This document shows positions 27,536 to 32,000 of a stretch of DNA of 32,000 nucleotides, piece by piece. Positions within the stretch are counted from its first letter, which is position 1. Every line of letters starts with the position of its first letter. Made by a program: the position numbers and the translations under genes. The DNA is from Cereibacter sphaeroides 2.4.1 (GTDB lineage Bacteria; Pseudomonadota; Alphaproteobacteria; Rhodobacterales; Rhodobacteraceae), in assembly GCF_000012905.2 (NCBI RefSeq), contig NC_007494.2, forward strand, positions 390,001 to 422,000, read 5' to 3'. The notes under the pieces are model-generated. The model made no database searches. It saw only the letters and a list, made by a program, of their open reading frames with translations, and was not told the origin of the DNA.

Positions 27536-27769
27536 ATGAAGAAACGCACTTCGGCGCAGGCCCTGCTCGACCACTATCTGACCGCGCCGGTCGAGCGTGC
27601 GGGCCCTCCCGGAGCCGGGCGCCGTCTTTCCCCCAAGGAACAGGCCGCCGAACGCACGACCGAGGCGGCGCGGAGGCAGATCGAGGCCGATACCGAGGAG
27701 CGCGCGGCCAAGTCCCGCCGCCTCGCCGCGGCCCGCCTCGGCAAGGACGCCCCCGGCCGAGACGGCTGA
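27536..27769 (+). CDS. Small basic hypothetical protein (77 aa)
   Basis: Strong AAGGAGA RBS 6 nt upstream and good GC3 bias. Product is MKKRTSAQALLDHYL...EERAAKSRRLAAARLGKD, with a helical, charged C-terminus. Confidence 0.5.
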   Translation: MKKRTSAQALLDHYLTAPVERAGPPGAGRRLSPKEQAAERTTEAARRQIEADTEERAAKSRRLAAARLGKDAPGRDG

Positions 27770-27784
27770 GCGGCTGCCGGTCCC

Positions 27785-27803
27785 GGGTGCCGCGCAGGCA
27801 CCC
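27785..27803 (+). terminator. Hairpin after the small ORF
   Basis: GGGTGCC-GCGCA-GGCACCC, a 7-bp perfect stem 16 nt after the stop. There is no U tract. Confidence 0.3.
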
Positions 27804-27811
27804 GAGCCGCG

Positions 27812-27940
27812 CTGACCGGGCGCCCGGAAGCCCGCCCCGGAGCAAACCGGCGAGACGCACGGCCGCGATCGCTTCCCGGCCATCACTCCCGGGTCTGAAG
27901 CCCGCACCCCTGCCGCCCTGACCGGACACCCGGAAGTCCG
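27812..27940. repeat. Pair of 23-bp direct repeats (20/23 identical) 106 bp apart
   Basis: CTGACCGGGCGCCCGGAAGCCCG at 27812-27834 and CTGACCGGACACCCGGAAGTCCG at 27918-27940. Confidence 0.5.
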
Positions 27941-28108
27941 AGCCTCCGCCAAGCGGGAAGACCTCTGGCTGTAACGGCCAAAGGTCTACCGACGCACGAG
28001 AAATCGACCGCGCAGCGCCGGCAGGCGCAGGACCGGCTGCTGGCGGCCAATCCGCCTCTGGCGGCGCGCACCTCGGGCCGCGGCCCGGACGGCGATGACG
28101 TCTGCATC

Positions 28109-28180
28109 CGCTTCCGGACCAATGCCAATACCGAGGTCCGCCCGAGCAACGTCGCCCTGCTTTACTGCATCAAGTTCTGA
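28109..28180 (+). pseudogene. Tail-fibre protein C-terminal tip remnant
   Basis: The frame ending at TGA 28178-28180 reads RFRTNANTEVRPSNVALLYCIKF*. This resembles the conserved ...ETRPxNxAxxxxIK tip of P2/Mu-type tail fibres as I recall it. No start codon or fibre-like body is seen upstream. Confidence 0.35.
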
Positions 28181-28188
28181 GGTCCGCC

Positions 28189-28506
28189 ATGAAGGTCATG
28201 CAACTGAACGAGACCGGCCACTTCGTCGGGATCGAGGAGGCCGACGAGAGCCCGCTCGAGCGCGGCGTCTTCCTGATCCCCGCAGGCTGCATCGAGGCGC
28301 CGGATCCCGATCCGCCGGCAGGCTCGCGCGCCCGCTGGACCGGGGCCGGATGGGTCTATGAGCCGCTGCCCGTCGGCGTGTAGGACGGGGCGGAGGCCCC
28401 CGCGCCCGACCCCGATCCCGGCCCCGAGGAGATCCTCGCCGGCGTGGCCCGGGCGGTGCAGGCTCATCTAGATGCCGCCGCCCGGCCTGGATCGATCCCG
28501 AGCTGA
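28189..28506 (+). pseudogene. Tail-fibre assembly/chaperone gene, stop-interrupted and 3'-truncated
   Basis: The N-terminus MKVMQLNETGHFVGIEEADESPLERGVFLIPAGCIEAPDPDPPAG..W fits the Tfa-type pattern. An in-frame TAG lies at 28381-28383. The same frame continues with EEILAGVARAVQAHLDAAAR and then runs into sheath-derived sequence. Confidence 0.6.
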
Positions 28507-28652
28507 ACACCGAGGCCACGATGAAGGCCGGGAAGCTCTTTCTCGACTTCGACATCGAGCCGCCCGCGCCGCTGGAGCACCTGACGCTCCAGGCGCATCG
28601 CAACGGCGACTATTACGAAGAGCTCGTGCTCTCGGTCACCGGCAACCGGTAA
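28482..28652 (+). pseudogene. Tail sheath (P2 gpFI-like) C-terminal remnant, about 55 codons
   Basis: The frame ending at TAA 28650-28652 reads AWIDPELNTEATMKAGKLFLDFDIEPPAPLEHLTLQAHRNGDYYEELVLSVTGNR*. This parallels the P2 FI C-terminus as I recall it (...[34 protein letters not shown]...). The ~340-codon sheath body is absent. Confidence 0.75.
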
Positions 28653-28663
28653 GGAGACAAGGC

Positions 28664-29161
28664 ATGGCCCTTCCGCGCACGATCAGGAACTTCAACGCCT
28701 TCGTCGACGGGGTGAGCTACTTCGGCATCGTCGACGAGGGCAAGCTGCCAGCGGTCAAGATCCAGACCGAGGCGCATCGCGGCGCCGGCATGGACGGCCC
28801 GATCGGCATCGACGTCGGCATGGAGGCGCTCGCTTCCAAGATGTCCTTCTCGGAATGGGTGCCCGCCATCGTCAAGAAGCTCGGCCGTCAGGAGCGCTTC
28901 GTGTTCCGCCCGGCGATGGCCAACCCGTCGGACTTCGGCGCCGTGCCGATCGTGGCCACCCTTTCGGGGCTGATCACGGTGAGCGAGCCGGGCGATCTGA
29001 AGCCCGGCACGCCCTCGAAGCTGAAGATCTCGATGGATGTGCGGAGCTACCGGCTGGAGATCGACGGCGAGTTGCTGCTCGACATCGACCTGCCGAACGC
29101 GAAGCGGGTGATCGGCGGCCAGGACCAGCTGGCAGAGATGCGCCGCGCCATGGGTATTTAA
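28664..29161 (+). CDS. Phage major tail tube protein (P2 gpFII-like)
   Basis: Track ORF trimmed to the ATG at 28664 with an AAGGAGA RBS. The 165-aa product MALPRTIRNFNAFVDGVSYFG...HRGAGMDGP...YRLEIDGELLLDID matches the FII pattern (MALPR...YRGAGM). Confidence 0.9.
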   Translation: MALPRTIRNFNAFVDGVSYFGIVDEGKLPAVKIQTEAHRGAGMDGPIGIDVGMEALASKMSFSEWVPAIVKKLGRQERFVFRPAMANPSDFGAVPIVATLSGLITVSEPGDLKPGTPSKLKISMDVRSYRLEIDGELLLDIDLPNAKRVIGGQDQLAEMRRAMGI

Positions 29162-29175
29162 GGGGGCCTAAAACC

Positions 29176-29472
29176 ATGTCCAAAACCACTCTTCTCCAGC
29201 CGCTGAAGCGAGCCTCGGGCGACATCGCGAGCGTCACGGTGCGCAAGCCTGACGTCGGCAGTCTGCGCGGCCTGAAGCTCACCGACATCCTGCAGATGGA
29301 CGTGACCGCGCTCAGCCGGCTGCTGCCGCGCATCACCGAGCCCGCGCTTCTGCCCGACGAGGTGGCAGCGCTCGATCCGGCCGACTTCCTCGGCCTCTCC
29401 GCGGCGGTCGTGGGTTTTTTTGCGACGGCGGAGATGGTGGCCACGGCGGAGGCGGATCTTCTCCGCCACTAG
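29176..29472 (+). CDS. Tail assembly chaperone (P2 gpE-like)
   Basis: 98-aa ORF from an internal ATG of track ORF 28855-29472 (MSKTTLLQPLKRASGDIASVTVRKPDVGSLRGLKL...). Its position between the tube and tape measure genes fits gpE. Confidence 0.85.
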   Translation: MSKTTLLQPLKRASGDIASVTVRKPDVGSLRGLKLTDILQMDVTALSRLLPRITEPALLPDEVAALDPADFLGLSAAVVGFFATAEMVATAEADLLRH

Positions 29473-29627
29473 AGCTGCCGGACGATCCCGAGGAAGCGAT
29501 GGCCGACATTGCCGCCGTCTTCCACTGGCCGCCCCAGAGCATGGACCCGATGAGCCCGGAGGAGCTCGCCCGCTGGTGGGCGAAGGCCCGGGCTCGGTCG
29601 GCACCCCCCGACATGAGCGAAGGCTGA
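29176..29627 (+). CDS. Tail assembly chaperone frameshift product (P2 gpE+E'-like; join 29176..29421,29421..29627)
   Basis: The -1 frame after the T7 run has no stop and ends in MADIAAVFHWPPQSMDPMSPEELARWWAKARARS..*, the GpE'-type ADIAxxFHWPP motif. The predicted fusion is about 150 aa. The E' frame is absent from the ORF track because it falls below the size cutoff. Confidence 0.7.
29415..29421 (+). other. -1 programmed ribosomal frameshift slippery run (T7 followed by G)
   Basis: The zero frame reads GGT TTT TTT GCG. The T7 run occupies 29415-29421 near the 3' end of the E-like gene, and the -1 frame is open from here to 29627. Confidence 0.7.
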
Positions 29628-29636
29628 CCGATCGCG

Positions 29637-31964
29637 ATGGCCGACCTGAACATCCAGCTCATCCTGCGCCTCGTCGACCGCGCAACGGCCCCGGCCCGCG
29701 CGGCGATGCGGGCCGTCGAGCGGCTGGGCGGCGAGGGCATGATGCGCCAGGCGGCGACGGTCGGGCGCGGCGCGGCTCTGATGGGCGAGGGCCTCGGCTC
29801 GGTCACCGGGGCGGCGCTCCGAGGGGGCGCGGTGCTCGCGGGCTATGCCGGGACCGTCTCGCTGATCGCCGGGGCCTTCCTGCGCCCGGCGGCCGAGTTC
29901 GAGCGCTTCCGGGTGCAGCTGACCAATCTCGAAGGCTCGGCCGAGGGCGCCGACCGCGCCCTGCGCTGGATCGAGGACTTCGCCACCCGGACGCCCCTGC
30001 AGCTGAATGACACGGTTGCGGCCTATGCCCGGCTGAAGGCCTTCGGGCTCGACCCGACGAAGGGCGCGATGCAGGCGCTCGTCGACACGATGGCCGCGAC
30101 CGGCGGCGGGGCCGAGCAGCTCGACGGGCTGGTGCTGGCGCTGGGGCAGGCCTGGACCAAGGGCAAACTGCAGGGCGAGGAGGCGCTGCAGATGCTGGAG
30201 CGCGGCGTGCCGGTCTGGGATCTCCTCGGCGCGAAGATGGGCAAGACTGCGGCCGAGCTGCAGGAGATGGCCTCGAAGGGTCAGCTCGGCCGGAAGGAGA
30301 TCGAACTGCTGATCGAGGCCATGGCCGAGAAGAACAAGGGCGCCTCGGAGGGGATGGCCAAGACCTGGGACGGGATCCTGTCGAACGTGCTCGACCATTG
30401 GGGCCGCTTCCAGCGGATGGTCATGGCCTCCGGGGTGTTCGACTTCCTGAAGGGCCGGCTGCAGGAGATCCTCGGCACGCTGAACGCCATGGCCGAGGAC
30501 GGCCGGTTGCAGCTCTGGGCCGACGAGGTCGCCCGGGTGATCCTCAGGACGCTCGAGGCCATGTGGGCCTTCGCCGGTCAGGCGGTCGCGGCCTGGAACC
30601 TTCTGGTGCCGGTCGTCGCCCAGGCGGCAGACCTGCTCGGCGGCTGGGACCGGCTGGCCTGGTTCGCGGCCTCGCTGCTGATGGGGCGGATCGTCCTGAG
30701 CCTGATCGGCGGCTTCCTGACCTTCGGCCGCGGCCTGCTGCTGGTGGGATCCGGCCTCGCCGGGATGGCCGGCCATGCGGTGGCGGCGGCTGCGATCCTC
30801 GCCCGGCTCGGGCTGCTGATGCGGGGAGTGCTGGCGGCCGGCTTCCGGCTGCTGCGCGCCGGCGCGATCATGGCCGGCACCGCCATCCAGTGGCTCGGCC
30901 GGGCGCTGCTTCTTGCCGGGCGGGCGATGATCTGGACGGCGACGGCGGCGGCCCGGCTGTTCCTGGTCTCGCTGCACGGCATCGCCCGGGCGGCGATCGG
31001 CGTGGCCTCGCTCGCGCTCCGGAGCCTCGTGACGGCCTCGCAGCTCGTCGGCCGGACCCTGCTCGTGGTGGGCCGGGCGGCGCTGGCCAACCCGATCCTG
31101 CTGGTGATCGCCGCGATCGCCGGCGCGGCTTACGTGATCTACCGGAACTGGGACGGGGTCGTCGCCTACTTCCAGGGCAAGATCGACCGGGTGCGGGCGG
31201 CCTTCGACCAGGGGCTCTTGAACGGCGTGCTGGCCTCGCTGGCCGCGTTCAACCCGTTCGTGCTGATGATGGACGCGGCGGAGGGGCTGCTCCGCTATCT
31301 CACCGGCTGGGACTTCGCCGACGTCACGGCCGCGCTGACCGCCGCCTTCGACATCGACCTGTTCCAGTTGGGCGTCGACATGATCCTGTCGCTCTGGGAG
31401 GGGATCAAGTCCGTCATGGGCCAGCTGACCGCCTATGTGCAGGAACAGCTCTCGGGCCTGATCCCCGAGATGCCGGCCTGGCTGAAGGGCATCGGCGGCG
31501 GCGAGGGTGGCCAAGGTGGTGGCGGCGAAGGTTCCGACCGCCCGGCGCGGGGTGCGGTGGCCGGTCCGGCGGCGGTGGCGCCGAAGCCCTGGGCCGCAAT
31601 GACGGCCGGGCAGCGCGCGCTCGGCGGGCCGGTGCGGGCGGGCCAGATCTACCGCTGGCAGGAACAGGGGCAGGAACTCTTCGTGCCCCGCACCGATGGC
31701 GAGGTGATCTCGAACCGCCAGCTCCGCGCTCTGGAGGCCATGGCTGCGGCGCCGGCGCAGATCCGGGTGGTGGCGGGCGGTGGCCGGGCCGGCGGGTCGG
31801 CCCCGGCGGCGGCTCGGGCACCCCGGCTCGAGATCGGCGGCATCACGATCCACGCGGCCCCCGGCATGAGCCCGGCCGATGTGGCCCGTGCGGTTCGGCG
31901 CGAGCTGCAGGCGGTTGCCCGCGAGCGCGGCCTCGCGCTCCACGACGGGGGCGAGCATGATTGA
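29637..31964 (+). CDS. Phage tail tape measure protein
   Basis: 775-aa ORF with an N-terminal TMP core (TNLEGSAEGADRALRWIEDFATRTPLQLNDTVAAYARLKAFGLDP...GQAWTKGKLQGEEALQMLERGVPVWD), a central hydrophobic helical region and a Gly-rich C-terminal part. Confidence 0.9.
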   Translation: MADLNIQLILRLVDRATAPARAAMRAVERLGGEGMMRQAATVGRGAALMGEGLGSVTGAALRGGAVLAGYAGTVSLIAGAFLRPAAEFERFRVQLTNLEGSAEGADRALRWIEDFATRTPLQLNDTVAAYARLKAFGLDPTKGAMQALVDTMAATGGGAEQLDGLVLALGQAWTKGKLQGEEALQMLERGVPVWDLLGAKMGKTAAELQEMASKGQLGRKEIELLIEAMAEKNKGASEGMAKTWDGILSNVLDHWGRFQRMVMASGVFDFLKGRLQEILGTLNAMAEDGRLQLWADEVARVILRTLEAMWAFAGQAVAAWNLLVPVVAQAADLLGGWDRLAWFAASLLMGRIVLSLIGGFLTFGRGLLLVGSGLAGMAGHAVAAAAILARLGLLMRGVLAAGFRLLRAGAIMAGTAIQWLGRALLLAGRAMIWTATAAARLFLVSLHGIARAAIGVASLALRSLVTASQLVGRTLLVVGRAALANPILLVIAAIAGAAYVIYRNWDGVVAYFQGKIDRVRAAFDQGLLNGVLASLAAFNPFVLMMDAAEGLLRYLTGWDFADVTAALTAAFDIDLFQLGVDMILSLWEGIKSVMGQLTAYVQEQLSGLIPEMPAWLKGIGGGEGGQGGGGEGSDRPARGAVAGPAAVAPKPWAAMTAGQRALGGPVRAGQIYRWQEQGQELFVPRTDGEVISNRQLRALEAMAAAPAQIRVVAGGGRAGGSAPAAARAPRLEIGGITIHAAPGMSPADVARAVRRELQAVARERGLALHDGGEHD

Positions 31965-32000
31965 TCTCGGCGCCAGCCTCGTGATGATGGCGCTCGGCAG
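31957..32000 (+). CDS. Phage tail protein (P2 gpU-like), 5' fragment at window edge
   Basis: The ATG at 31957 overlaps the tape-measure stop. The product MIDLGASLVMMALG... resembles the gpU N-terminus (MMLALGMFVF, as I recall it), and the gene order is as expected. Confidence 0.55.
   Translation, partial: MIDLGASLVMMALG

Larger units (their letters stand above)
28100..32000 (+). mobile_element. P2-type prophage/tailocin tail-module remnant (continues beyond window)
   Basis: The order tail-fibre tip, fibre-assembly, sheath remnant, tube, E/E', tape measure, U reproduces the P2 H-G-FI-FII-E-E'-T-U order. The left part is degraded. Confidence 0.8.

Noticed and set aside
29469-31958. 829-aa minus-strand ORF antisense to the tape measure gene
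   Set aside because: The tape-measure frame has a recognisable TMP core and fits phage synteny. The antisense translation is an R/G/P/H-rich artefact.

Overview
This is a very GC-rich chromosomal segment with G/C-dominated third codon positions. It looks alphaproteobacterial, probably Rhodobacteraceae, judging by eye from the bacterioferritin, the two-piece MetH and a Tat-signal PotD-type binding protein.

Positions 1 to about 25 kb are ordinary core DNA:
- LMW protein-tyrosine phosphatase, rhomboid protease, a beta-barrel OMP and a DUF465 protein
- a DUF2306-like membrane protein, an SLC13/DASS permease with two TrkA-C domains, a cupin and LrgAB
- a five-gene PotABCD-like ABC importer plus Asp/Glu/hydantoin-racemase operon, with a divergent FCD-type GntR regulator
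- an Rrf2 (NsrR-like) regulator preceded by a perfect FNR-type box, RarD and bacterioferritin
- a GT4-like glycosyltransferase, a dual-PAS GGDEF cyclase and an AI-2E/PerM permease
- a cobalamin-dependent methionine synthase encoded as two overlapping ORFs

Positions 25.2 to 32 kb are accessory:
- a translationally coupled pair: a TbpB/fHbp-type surface lipoprotein and a Slam-like barrel
- a small basic ORF
- the decayed left edge of a P2-type contractile-tail module: a tail-fibre tip, a stop-interrupted fibre-assembly gene and only the last ~55 codons of the sheath
- apparently intact tube, E and E+E' chaperone (with a T7 -1 slippery site), tape measure and the start of gpU

No rRNA, tRNA, CRISPR array or IS element was recognised. 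I did not find a convincing wholly new multi-gene system. The best second-look candidates are the lipoprotein/barrel pair, the sheath-less tail module, and several strong palindromic operator-like sites in AT-rich islands.

All family assignments come from motif recognition by eye; no database search was run.
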